DNA from: Rhodospirillales bacterium
GTDB lineage: Bacteria; Pseudomonadota; Alphaproteobacteria; Rhodospirillales; JASLQF01
Length of the DNA: 36,546 nt
Assembly: GCA_036011345.1 (NCBI GenBank)
Contig: DASCNF010000235.1
Location: forward strand, 1 to 36,546
Direction: 5' to 3'
Translations under genes and position numbers: made by a program
In this document: positions 1 to 8,470 of the stretch, piece after piece
Numbering within the stretch: the first letter of the stretch is position 1
How the letters are laid out: every line of letters starts with the position of its first letter
Notes under the pieces: model-generated
Databases searched by the model: none
What the model was told of the DNA's origin: nothing
Seen by the model: only the letters and a program-made list of their open reading frames with translations

Positions 1-192
1 GATGGCGTACTTCGAGTGCTTGGACAGCTTGTGCATGTCGGGGATGTCGGTCAGGGTCTTGACGATGGCCCCCCCCGCCCCCGCATCGATGCACCGCTTC
101 AGCTTATCAACGCTGTTGGTGGGCTCAATCGAAGAGACCACCAGCGGGTTCCTGAACTTGACGCCGCAAAATTCGGTTTCCAAATTGGCCAT
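1..192 (-). CDS. Dihydroorotate/dihydropyrimidine dehydrogenase family (PreA/PyrD-like) flavoprotein, N-terminal part; runs off the window
   Basis: Not in the ORF track. Manual translation from ATG at 192: MANLETEFCGVKFRNPLVVSSIEPTNSVDKLKRCIDAGAGGAIVKTLTD..., the typical L-x-T-x-F-x-G-x-x-F-x-N-P ... GAGGxxxKT start of this family; GGGGAG RBS upstream. Confidence 0.8.
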   Translation of the reverse strand, partial: MANLETEFCGVKFRNPLVVSSIEPTNSVDKLKRCIDAGAGGAIVKTLTDIPDMHKLSKHSKYAI

Positions 193-254
193 GTCATCGC
201 TCCCCGTCAGGCACCTTGAGATTTGCTGGCTAGCACACAGCTCCCGCCACGCCC

Positions 255-268
255 TTGACCGAAGTCAA
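255..268 (-). promoter_or_regulatory. FNR/FixK-type box upstream of the PreA/PyrD-like gene
   Basis: TTGAC-CGAA-GTCAA; candidate -10 (TGCTAGCCA on - strand) about 22 bp downstream, matching class II FNR promoter spacing. Confidence 0.65.
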
Positions 269-434
269 CCACGCGAGGGCACAGCAATCGGCCAGCGCCA
301 CGGCTAAGTCCGGCCCACCCCGGGGAGAGTCGGCGCGCCCGGGACCGATCGCCGTTGTTTGACGGTCGCATTCTGTCCTATGTTCTTGCCGCCGGCGCGG
401 CAAGCGCCGGCGCACAATTGAAACAGGGGATTTC

Positions 435-2129
435 ATGAACCAACTTTCGGGCGCCGAAGCCTTCGTGCGCATGCTCCAGCTTCATGGAATCCGCCACATT
501 TTCGGACTGTGCGGCGACACCAGCCTGCCTGTCTATGACGCGCTGTCCCGGCTCGACCACGGCATGACCCATATCCTGACCCGCGACGAACGCTCGGCCG
601 CCTACATGGCGGATGTCTACGCCAGAGTCAGCGGTGGCATCGGCGTATGCGAGGGACCAAGCGGCGGCGGCACCACCTACATCCTACCCGGCGTTGTCGA
701 GGCCAACGAGTCCTCGGTCCCCGTGCTCGCCGTGACCACCGACATCTCGGTGACGAGACGCGGCCACTACACTTTGACCGAACTCGACCAGGAAGCGCTG
801 TTCCGACCCCTGGCCAAGATGAGCCGCGTCGTCGTCGACGCTCGCGCCATCCCTCATACACTGCGCGCTGCCTTCGCCGCCATGACCACGGGGCGCCCCG
901 GCGCCGCCCACATTGGCCTCCCCTTCGACGTGCAAAAGGCGCCGCTCGACGAGACGGAGGTGTGGGCCGATGCCTCGCTCGCCGCTTGTCCGTCGCGGCG
1001 CACAGGCCCCGACCCGGCCGCCGTGGCGGCGGCGGCCGATGTCATCCTTAGCGCCGAGAAACCGATGTTCGTTTGCGGCGGCGGCCCCGTCATTTCCGGC
1101 GCCGAGGCGGAACTTGTGGCCCTGGCCGAGTTCTTGGAGGCGCCGGTAGCAACCTCCATCAGTGGCCGGGGCAGCATCTCGGACGATCACCCGCTAGCCG
1201 TCGGCGTGGTCGGCAGCAACGGCGGAACACCGGAGACCCGCGCCGTGGTCGACACCGCCGATCTCATCGTCTTCGTCGGCTGCCGTGCCGGCTCGGTGAC
1301 CACGGAGCACCGGAGTCACCCGAAGCCCGATGCGGCGCGCATCGTTCACATCGACGTCGATCCCGCCGTCATCGGCACCAATTACGAAACGGAAGCGGCA
1401 ATGGTTGGCGACGCCCGGCTTTGCCTTTTGGCACTTCTCAAAGAGATGACGCGACGCCTCGATGGACCGCCCAAGCGTCCCAACGTCCGCGAATTGATCG
1501 CCCAGGCGAAAGCACGCAAGTTCGCCGCCTTCGAGGAGCTGGCACGCTCCGGCGACACGCCCATCAAGCCCGAGCGTGTGGTCGCCGAATTGCAGGCGCT
1601 GCTTCCCGCCGACGCCGTCGTCGTCGCCGACCCGGGGACGCCGTGCCCCTATTTTTCCGCCTACTACCGGCTCGCGGAAACGGGCCGTCATTTCGTCAGC
1701 AACCGTGCCCACGGCGCCCTCGGTTATTCCTTGCCGGGCGTGGTGGGGGCCCATTACGGGCGTCCCGACACCAAGTGCGTCGCTGTCATGGGTGACGGCA
1801 GTTTCGGCTTTGCCGTCGGCGAACTCGAGACCATCGTTCGCCTCGACCTGCCCGTCACCTTGATCGTCATCTCCAACAGCGTCTACGGCTGGATCAAGGC
1901 GGGCCAGAAGAGCGGCTTCGACGCGCGTTACTTCTCGGTCGACTTCAGCCGCGGCGATCACGCCAGGATTGCCGAGGCCTTCGGCGTCAAGGCGTGGCGG
2001 GTGGAGGGCCCGGAAGACCTGCGCCCGACCCTGACCAAGGCCCTGGAGGCCGGCGGGCCGACCCTGGTCGACATCGTCGCTCAGCCCCTGCAGGAAGCGC
2101 GCGCGCCGGTCAGCGAATGGGTGGCGTGA
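435..2129 (+). CDS. Thiamine diphosphate-dependent enzyme, acetolactate synthase large subunit-like family
   Basis: 564 aa; TRDERSAAYMAD catalytic Glu region, GDGSF...N ThDP/Mg motif; no ilvH/ilvN small subunit adjacent, so probably catabolic. Confidence 0.9.
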   Translation: MNQLSGAEAFVRMLQLHGIRHIFGLCGDTSLPVYDALSRLDHGMTHILTRDERSAAYMADVYARVSGGIGVCEGPSGGGTTYILPGVVEANESSVPVLAVTTDISVTRRGHYTLTELDQEALFRPLAKMSRVVVDARAIPHTLRAAFAAMTTGRPGAAHIGLPFDVQKAPLDETEVWADASLAACPSRRTGPDPAAVAAAADVILSAEKPMFVCGGGPVISGAEAELVALAEFLEAPVATSISGRGSISDDHPLAVGVVGSNGGTPETRAVVDTADLIVFVGCRAGSVTTEHRSHPKPDAARIVHIDVDPAVIGTNYETEAAMVGDARLCLLALLKEMTRRLDGPPKRPNVRELIAQAKARKFAAFEELARSGDTPIKPERVVAELQALLPADAVVVADPGTPCPYFSAYYRLAETGRHFVSNRAHGALGYSLPGVVGAHYGRPDTKCVAVMGDGSFGFAVGELETIVRLDLPVTLIVISNSVYGWIKAGQKSGFDARYFSVDFSRGDHARIAEAFGVKAWRVEGPEDLRPTLTKALEAGGPTLVDIVAQPLQEARAPVSEWVA

Positions 2130-2138
2130 GGCCCAAGC

Positions 2139-2375
2139 CTAGAGGCTTACCACTTCTTCGACGGCGAGCGCCATGGCGAGCAGGCGCCGGTCCTCGCCGT
2201 GCTCGCCGGCGACCATGAGGCCGACCGGAGCACCATCGGGCTTGTGGCACGGCAAGGAGACCGCGCACCGGTCGAGGAAATTGAAGATCAGTGTGTTGCG
2301 CAGCAGCAGCACATTGTTGCGGGAGAAGGCCCTCTCGTCCTCGATCTCGGCGAAGGTGGGGGCAGGGTAGAACAA
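2139..2375 (-). pseudogene. C-terminal remnant of an amidase-signature family enzyme
   Basis: APTFAEI...LLLRNTLIFNFLDRCAVSLPCH...PVGLMVAGEHGEDRRLLAMALAVE is the characteristic amidase C-terminus; the N-terminal part including the catalytic signature is absent. Confidence 0.75.
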
Positions 2376-2513
2376 ATCGGCGGGAAGTAAGGTGCACCGC
2401 TGGCCAGCGGGTCAACGCCACCAAGAGCCCGAACAGGCCGCCAACCAGGAGAAAGACGACGGCGGGCGCCCACCGAAGCCTTGGGACACCCAAAAACACA
2501 AAACCGCCAAAAC

Positions 2514-2527
2514 TTGACTTAAGTCAA
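2514..2527 (+). promoter_or_regulatory. FNR/FixK-type box (perfect palindrome) with -10 element TACCGT at 2549-2554
   Basis: TTGAC-TTAA-GTCAA; centre 2520.5 puts a -41.5 class II start site at about 2562. Confidence 0.75.
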
Positions 2528-2561
2528 TGCGGAGGCTGTCCGGGGCCCTACCGTGGCCCTT

Positions 2562-2677
2562 ATGGATTCGGGCGGAATACTCGAGCCTGGGGCCGTATAG
2601 GGTCCCTCGTCTCCCCGACGAAAAGTCTCCCTGTCAATCTCGCGGGGCCCTTGGGCCCCGCGATTTTTTATTTTTTT
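2562..2677 (+). ncRNA. Candidate FNR-dependent small regulatory RNA
   Basis: Lies between an FNR box/-10 and a strong + strand intrinsic terminator; three small hairpins (2564-2587, 2589-2606, 2607-2621) and two CTCCC anti-SD motifs; only a 12-codon ORF starts inside it. Confidence 0.55.
2640..2677 (+). terminator. Rho-independent terminator
   Basis: TCGCGGGGCCC-TT-GGGCCCCGCGA inverted repeat followed by TTTTTTATTTTTTT on the + strand. Confidence 0.9.
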
Positions 2678-2710
2678 GAAAGGCCGGGATACGCCGCGTG
2701 GCGCCCGGCG

Positions 2711-3442
2711 TCACAGGTAGTCTTCGTGCTCGAACTCGTCTAGAAGACTGGCGATCCTGGGAACATGCACGGTACGCCCCGAGAAATGGGCGATGCCGTC
2801 GTCCTCGAACTGGCGGATGGTCCGCGACATGGTCTCGGGACGGATGCCGATCATGGCCGCCAGGTCCTGCCGGGACAGTGGAAGCTCCAGGGAAATCGCG
2901 CCGTCCTCGACATCGGTGGCGTAGCGGTCCTTGAGAATCAGCAAGAGATGGGCGAAGCGGGCGCGCACGGTGAGGGTGACGCTTTCGAGGAATTTGTTTT
3001 CGGCCTCGCCCAGATCCTTGACAGCGCGCCACAGGAAACGGTGGCCGAGCGACGGATTGTGGTCGAGCAGGGAGCGCACCGTGCCTTCGCCGATCAAGCA
3101 TACGGAGCCCTTCTTCAGCACCTCGGCGCTAACTTCATGGCCCTGCGCCATGAGCAGCGCCCGGTAGCCAAGCGTGTCCCCCGGATAGGCTAGGCCCAGA
3201 AGCACCGAGTTGCCGTCGGCGTCGATCTTGCGGATGCCGATCATGCCACTCTCGATGCAGACAATGCCCCGGCAGGCGTCCCCCTGATGATAGAGCACCT
3301 CGCCAGGAAGGCATTGGCGAGACTTCTTGGCGTCGTTGATGCGCTTCAGATCGTCTTCGTTGAGGACGCACCATTCGGTGCGTTGCCGCGCCTGACAGCT
3401 AAAACAACCCGCGAGAACGCGGGGGCTAGAACGCCTTGCCAT
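2711..3442 (-). CDS. Crp/Fnr family transcriptional regulator, FNR-type with N-terminal Cys cluster
   Basis: CFSCQARQRTEWC (C-x2-C-x8-C) plus an internal Cys (GSVC); cNMP-binding fold; HTH SRQDLAAMIGIRPETMSR with the E-x-x-S-R recognition helix of FNR proteins. Start set at ATG 3442 rather than the ORF-track 3499. Confidence 0.9.
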   Translation of the reverse strand: MARRSSPRVLAGCFSCQARQRTEWCVLNEDDLKRINDAKKSRQCLPGEVLYHQGDACRGIVCIESGMIGIRKIDADGNSVLLGLAYPGDTLGYRALLMAQGHEVSAEVLKKGSVCLIGEGTVRSLLDHNPSLGHRFLWRAVKDLGEAENKFLESVTLTVRARFAHLLLILKDRYATDVEDGAISLELPLSRQDLAAMIGIRPETMSRTIRQFEDDGIAHFSGRTVHVPRIASLLDEFEHEDYL

Positions 3443-3590
3443 CAAACCGTTTCCCACACCACCGAGTGCGCAATCCCCCCCATAGAAACCGCGGGGCAAG
3501 AGATCCGAAAACGGAATATACCGCGTTGTCCGCCAAATACCAGTATCACTTCACGCCTGCGGAAAAAATGGCAAACGCCGTTCATGCCGC

Positions 3591-3604
3591 TTGATTAATG
3601 TCAA
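3591..3604. promoter_or_regulatory. FNR/FixK-type box between the regulator and the divergent small ORF
   Basis: TTGAT-TAAT-GTCAA; candidate + strand -10 TGCTAACCA about 23 bp downstream. Confidence 0.7.
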
Positions 3605-3720
3605 AGACTCCGGGATCGGGCGTTTGCTAACCAGTCAGGAGACGCGGCTGAGTGCGCACTCTGAAAGCAGGGGGGGAGAGAGGAGCGCGACCGTTGGGTT
3701 GCGCTAATACTTAATAAAAC

Positions 3721-3921
3721 ATGATCGACACAGTTGAAAATAGGCGTGCCGCCAAAAAGTTCATCGAGCGATTCGGCGAGGACGCGGCGCGAGAGGCCAA
3801 GATCCGAGCGGTTGAGCTGCGCGCCGCCGGAGACACCGAGGGCCACAAAAACTGGATAGCCATCCACGGTGAAATCGAGTCCCTTCTGAAGGAAACGCCG
3901 GGCACCGCGACCAAGCAATGA
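3721..3921 (+). CDS. Small hypothetical protein (66 aa, predicted helical)
   Basis: Protein-like composition (RAAKKFIERFGEDAAREAKIRAVELRAAGDTEGHKNWIAI); ATG after an AT-rich leader; resembles small alphaproteobacterial hypotheticals from memory only. Confidence 0.65.
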   Translation: MIDTVENRRAAKKFIERFGEDAAREAKIRAVELRAAGDTEGHKNWIAIHGEIESLLKETPGTATKQ

Positions 3922-4012
3922 AGGCTGCGGCAGCCCCTTCCCCATCCCCTGATCGGCAGGGCAACCCGGCGTCCGGCTGATACATTCACCACAACGATGG
4001 GAGGTTCGCCCC

Positions 4013-4904
4013 ATGCGATGGGAGCGCGCATGTATCCTTGGCCCCGATCACGGGCTGCCCGTGCTCGCCGAGGTCCATATCGCCGTGGTCGGCAGCGGCG
4101 GAGACGGCGGCGCGTCACGCATCGTCCGTCCTTCTCATCGAGCGCTACGGGTTCTGCGGGGGCGCCGTGGTGGCCGGCCTATCCGGCACCATCTGCGGCA
4201 TGTACCCCTCCACCGAGCGCGAGGCCAACCGCCCGGAACAGGTGGTCTTCGGCTTCACGGAGCGTTTCCGCGCCGCCATGGAGGCGCGGGGCGGCATCAC
4301 CGCGCCCCAGAAATACGGCAAGACCTGGACCGTCACCCACGACCCCCTGGCGTGGCGCGAGGTGGCGGACGGATTCTTGGCGGACGCTGGCGTCCGGGTG
4401 CTGTTTCACAGCCTTGTGGTCGGCGTCATCATGGAAAACAACCGGGTGCTCGGTATCGCCGTCGACAGCAAGGCGGGTCGCGGCGCCGTGCATGCGAAGA
4501 CGGTCATCGACGCCAGCGGCGACGGCGTCCAGGTCGGCGTTCGACAAACGCGCTCGATCAACGATGTAGAGCGCCTGACCAACGACGACGTGGTGGTGCG
4601 CCGCAAGCGCCCGGACGGCGTGGTGCGCTTGTCTTGGCTGATCGAGTTGCACTCCGGCGAACGGCCCAAGCTCGAATGGATTCACGACGATTACTACGAG
4701 GGGCCCTTCGATGCGCTGCTGCCCGAGAAGGGCGAGAATCTGATCACCACCGAGCGCTGTCTCAGCGCCGAGCACGAGGCCCTGACCTCGGCCTGGGTCA
4801 CCGCCCAGTGCTTCGGCTACGGGAACGCCACCGGCCTCGCCGCCGTCACCGGGCAGGAGTTCAGGGAACTGCTCGATAAGGATGGGGCGCGGCTGTCGGA
4901 GTAG
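4013..4904 (+). pseudogene. FAD-dependent oxidoreductase pseudogene (frameshift plus internal deletion)
   Basis: Rossmann start LPVLAEVHIAVVGSG in one frame continues as ETAARH..VLLIERYGFCGG in another (break near 4100); VIDASGDG is joined directly to QVGVRQTRSI, skipping the middle domain normally present. Confidence 0.75.
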
Positions 4905-4991
4905 ATCGCCCCCTTGTCAACGTTTCCTCCTCATCAACCAACATGATCCTTTGAAACCTAAACCCCACCCACGGGCAATCTTAATCGTAAA

Positions 4992-5321
4992 TTGTTATTG
5001 CGAACACGACGCAATTGCGTTTGTTTGGCGGCGGACGAGGCCAACGTTGTCGCCTTCGTCGGCGCCTGTCAGCAGGGCGACTGGCACAAGGCGCGGGCGC
5101 ATGCCGAATGGTTGGTGCACCCCGACGCGGTCCCCGGGTTGGTCTTGGCAGATGATTCCCTGGCCCGGGCCATATCCCGCCATGCTTTGACTTTTCCGGA
5201 AAGACCGGCTCCGAGGCCGGCGACGCCGGCGAAGCTCGTCCAAGTGGTTGCCGAAAAACTGGAAGTTGTTCCTACCGCAGCAGGAAGCCGCCGCCCAGCG
5301 CGTCGCCGTCCTCCAGAGTGA
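4992..5321 (+). CDS. Hypothetical protein, doubtful
   Basis: 109 aa ORF with non-ATG start filling the gap after an AT-rich stretch; 3' end overlaps the convergent gene; no motif recognised. Confidence 0.2.
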   Translation: MLLRTRRNCVCLAADEANVVAFVGACQQGDWHKARAHAEWLVHPDAVPGLVLADDSLARAISRHALTFPERPAPRPATPAKLVQVVAEKLEVVPTAAGSRRPARRRPPE

Positions 5322-6282
5322 AGCACGCCGTCCCCGTGTAGTAGGGACGACCGGAGACCTCCACGGTCAACGCGTCGAACCTCCCCACCTTGCAGGCGCG
5401 AACCGCCGTACCCGTGAACACGTCGCCGGTAACGCTTTCGAAGCGGCGCGTCTGGCCGATCTCGATGAGCCCACGTCTGAGTTGCAGCGCCATGCGCGCG
5501 GTGACGCCGGAGCCCGTGGCGCTACGGTCGACCTGAGCGTCGGCGAACACACAGACGTTGGCGCTCGGCACGTCCGAAAAGGCGTCCCGGCCATCGGTGA
5601 GGATGGTGCCGTACAGGTAGGCGAGATCATCGTCTTCGGGGTGGCTCAACGGCACCTGAACCTTGGCCGCTTCGGTGATCTCCGTGGCCGCATCGACCAG
5701 GTCGCGAACTGGCGATTCCCGGACGTTGAGGCCGATGTGGGGCGCCGCCAGAAACACGTAAAATGCGCCGCCGTAACCAATGTCGAGAGTGACCGGCCCC
5801 CAGGTGCGGGTGTCGACCACCTTGTCCAGGACAAAGGCAAAGGCGGGCACGCTCTCGAAGGCAACGGCGCCGACTTTTCCGTTCTCGATGGCGACGCGGG
5901 TCCGCACCAAACCGCACGGGCACTGGATGTTGACCGCCACCTCGTTCCTACCGTCCGCCTCGACGGCGCCGGTGTCCACCGCCCAACGGCCCAAGGCCAG
6001 AGTGGCGTGGCCGCACATGGTGCTGTAGCCCTCGTTGTGCATGAACAGGACCGCGATGTCGGCCTCCGGGTGGTCGGGCTCGACCGGGATGACGCCGTAC
6101 ATGTCGTGGTGGCCGCGCGGCTCGAACATGAGCATGCGGCGCAGATGCTCCAGGTTCTCGCGCACATAGCGCCGCTTGGCGAGGAGGGTATCGCCGGCGA
6201 TCGGCGGATAGCCGGACGTGACGATGCGCACGGGCTCGCCGCCGGTGTGCATCTCGGTGGTCTCGATGACGATGTCGCTCAT
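5272..6282 (-). CDS. Proline racemase family protein, probable trans-3-hydroxy-L-proline dehydratase
   Basis: MHTGGEPVRI, EPRGH, STMCGH (catalytic Cys) and DRSATGSG (Thr in the second catalytic position). The Cys/Thr pair is the established dehydratase signature, versus Cys/Cys in racemases and epimerases. Confidence 0.85.
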   Translation of the reverse strand: MSDIVIETTEMHTGGEPVRIVTSGYPPIAGDTLLAKRRYVRENLEHLRRMLMFEPRGHHDMYGVIPVEPDHPEADIAVLFMHNEGYSTMCGHATLALGRWAVDTGAVEADGRNEVAVNIQCPCGLVRTRVAIENGKVGAVAFESVPAFAFVLDKVVDTRTWGPVTLDIGYGGAFYVFLAAPHIGLNVRESPVRDLVDAATEITEAAKVQVPLSHPEDDDLAYLYGTILTDGRDAFSDVPSANVCVFADAQVDRSATGSGVTARMALQLRRGLIEIGQTRRFESVTGDVFTGTAVRACKVGRFDALTVEVSGRPYYTGTACFTLEDGDALGGGFLLR

Positions 6283-6294
6283 CGAAAGGAATAT

Positions 6295-6325
6295 GGCGGG
6301 GACGCCGCGGTCCGGCGCCCCCGCC
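6295..6325 (-). terminator. GC-rich hairpin between the DapA-like and proline-racemase-family genes
   Basis: GGCGGGGACGCCG ... CGGCGCCCCCGCC, one mismatch, followed on the - strand by ATATTCCTTT (weak U tract). Confidence 0.35.
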
Positions 6326-6343
6326 CGCCGCTACCTGCCTGTC

Positions 6344-7264
6344 CTACTCGGCCGCCTGGGCGTAGGCGGCAAGAAGGCCGCATTCCTCCATCAACCGCTT
6401 GAGCTCAGCTTTGTCCTCGGGCCCGAGTTCGCCGATCGGCGGCCTCGGCGGCCCTACAGGCCGGCCCAGGATCTCCAGGGCCGCGTGGGCGCACCGCACG
6501 TGGCTCTTCTGGCACATGAACTCGCAGAGCGGGAAAATGCGGTCGAACAGTTCCTGCGCCTTGGCCAGGTCCTTCTTTTCGACCGCCAGGTCGAAAAGCT
6601 CGACGCATTCGCGCGGCGCCACGTTGGTCATGCCGCAGAACCAGCCCTCGGCCCCGGCCACGAAGGACTCCAGGGTCAACGACTCCCAGCCCGAAAAGAT
6701 GGTCATCGTCCCATTGGTCAACCGCTTGATCTCGGAGATGCGCGTCAGGTTCGAGGTGCTCTCCTTGATGGCCACGATGTTGTCGATGTCGTTGAGCCGG
6801 TTGACCAGCGGCGGCAGCATGTCGATGCCCGTGGTCCACGGGTTGTTGTAGAGGACGATCGGAAGATTGGTGGCACCGGCCACCCTCTCGTAGTGGCGGA
6901 AGAGCTCATCCTCGGTCAGCGGCCAATAGGTGATGGGCACCACCAAGAGGCCGTCGACGCCGGAGTCGCCCTCCATGGCCTTGGCCAGTTCGATGGTTTC
7001 CTTGGTGGTGATCGAGCCGATGCCGGAAAGTACCGGGACCCGGCCATTCACCTGCTCGACCGCCGCCTTGGCCGCGGTCAGGCGCTCCACCGAAGTGAAC
7101 GAGCCGTTCGAACCCGTGCTGCCGAACACGACGAGGCCGTGCACGCCGTTCTCGACCACAAATTCCGCTAGGTCGCGGAGCCCGTCCATGTCGATGGTGC
7201 CGCCGCCGTCCTTCAGCGGGGTCGCGTTGAAGGCATAAACGCCCCTGAACTTCTTGGTCGCCAT
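6344..7264 (-). CDS. Dihydrodipicolinate synthase (DapA/NAL) family aldolase/lyase, paralogue 1
   Basis: 306 aa; GSTG, VVPITYW, LYNNP, Schiff-base Lys in IKES; AGGAGG RBS. Confidence 0.9.
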   Translation of the reverse strand: MATKKFRGVYAFNATPLKDGGGTIDMDGLRDLAEFVVENGVHGLVVFGSTGSNGSFTSVERLTAAKAAVEQVNGRVPVLSGIGSITTKETIELAKAMEGDSGVDGLLVVPITYWPLTEDELFRHYERVAGATNLPIVLYNNPWTTGIDMLPPLVNRLNDIDNIVAIKESTSNLTRISEIKRLTNGTMTIFSGWESLTLESFVAGAEGWFCGMTNVAPRECVELFDLAVEKKDLAKAQELFDRIFPLCEFMCQKSHVRCAHAALEILGRPVGPPRPPIGELGPEDKAELKRLMEECGLLAAYAQAAE

Positions 7265-7489
7265 CGCAGTCCTCCTTACCTATGTCCAAGCCCTTGGAAA
7301 AGGACAGCTCGTGGCGGGCGCCGTGTCAAGGACTTGTTTGCAAGGGCGGGAGGCGCCCGACAAGATTCCGCGCCCAAGCGAAAGTTCCCTGGCATTTCCA
7401 ATTTCGACGCGATAGTGTTTTTTGCAATGCAGCAAAAGCCGGTGGGAATTGAAGGACCGCTGGAATTAGCTGAATGAAAGGGGCAAGGA

Positions 7490-8470
7490 ATGAAGTTCTG
7501 CATATTCGGCGCCGGAGCCATCGGCGGGTATCTCGGCGTGCAATTGGCGCTGGCCGGCAACGACGTTACCCTGGTCGCGCGCGGCAAGAACCTGGAAGCC
7601 ATTCGCAAGAACGGCATGAAGCTGCTCATCGGCGACGAAGAGCGGGTTGCCAAGGACGTCTTCGCCACCGACGACACCGAAGAGGCCGGACCGCAGAACT
7701 ACGTAATCGTCGCCACCAAGGCCCACCAAGCCTATGAGAGCGCCCATCAGATACCGCCCCTCCTCGGCCCCGAGACGGCGGTGGTGACGGCGATGAACGG
7801 CGTGCCCTGGTGGTATTTCTACAAGCACGGCAACACCGTCCAGCCGCGCACCCTGGACAGCGTCGATCCCGAGGGCCTCCAGTGGAAGTCCATCGGTCCC
7901 GACCGCGCCATCGGCTGCGTCGTCTTTCCCGCCACCGAGCTGATCGGTCCCGGCGTCGTCAAGCACGTCTACGGCGACAAGTTCACCCTGGGCGAACCTG
8001 ACGGTTCGCTCTCGGACCGCGTACAGGCCTTGAGCACGGCGCTCATCGGGGCCGGTCTCCAGGCCCCTATCCGCGATAACATCCGCGACGACATCTGGAA
8101 GAAGCTGTGGGGCAATCTCTGCTTCAACCCGGTGAGCGCCCTCACCCATGCCACCCTCGACATCGTCACCGTGGATCCGGGCACCCGCGCAATCTGCCGC
8201 AAAATGATGCTGGAGGGCCAAGAGATCGGCGAAAAATTGGGCGTCCACTTCCGCATCGACGTGGACCAACGCATCGAGGGCGCGGCCAGCGTAGGCGCGC
8301 ACCGTACGTCCATGCTCACCGACCTGCTCAAGGGCCGCCTCATGGAAATCGACGCGCTGGTCGCCGCCGTCCAGGAACTGGGGCGCATGACCGACGTCGA
8401 CACCCCCTACATCGACACCGTGCTCGCCCTGGTGCAGCAGCGGGCGCGGGTGGCGGGCCTATACCACTGA
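7490..8470 (+). CDS. panE: 2-dehydropantoate 2-reductase (ketopantoate reductase family)
   Basis: GAGAIGG Rossmann motif, MNGVPWW, WKKLWGNLCFNP, HRTSMLTD...EID motifs. Confidence 0.85.
   Translation: MKFCIFGAGAIGGYLGVQLALAGNDVTLVARGKNLEAIRKNGMKLLIGDEERVAKDVFATDDTEEAGPQNYVIVATKAHQAYESAHQIPPLLGPETAVVTAMNGVPWWYFYKHGNTVQPRTLDSVDPEGLQWKSIGPDRAIGCVVFPATELIGPGVVKHVYGDKFTLGEPDGSLSDRVQALSTALIGAGLQAPIRDNIRDDIWKKLWGNLCFNPVSALTHATLDIVTVDPGTRAICRKMMLEGQEIGEKLGVHFRIDVDQRIEGAASVGAHRTSMLTDLLKGRLMEIDALVAAVQELGRMTDVDTPYIDTVLALVQQRARVAGLYH

Noticed and set aside
2376-2499. Hydrophobic - strand stretch (FLGVPRLRWAPAVVFLLVGGLFGLLVAL) upstream of the amidase remnant
   Set aside because: Different frame from the amidase fragment, no convincing start or RBS; cannot be assigned.
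2531-2615. Long alternative hairpin as SRP RNA or 6S RNA
   Set aside because: Lacks the SRP domain IV CAGG/AGCA internal-loop motif and is too short for 6S with its central bubble; its 5' arm would also lie upstream of the predicted start site.
4905-5020. AT-rich intergenic stretch as a CtrA or FNR site
   Set aside because: Only partial half-sites; no TTAA-N7-TTAA or TTGAY-N4-RTCAA match.
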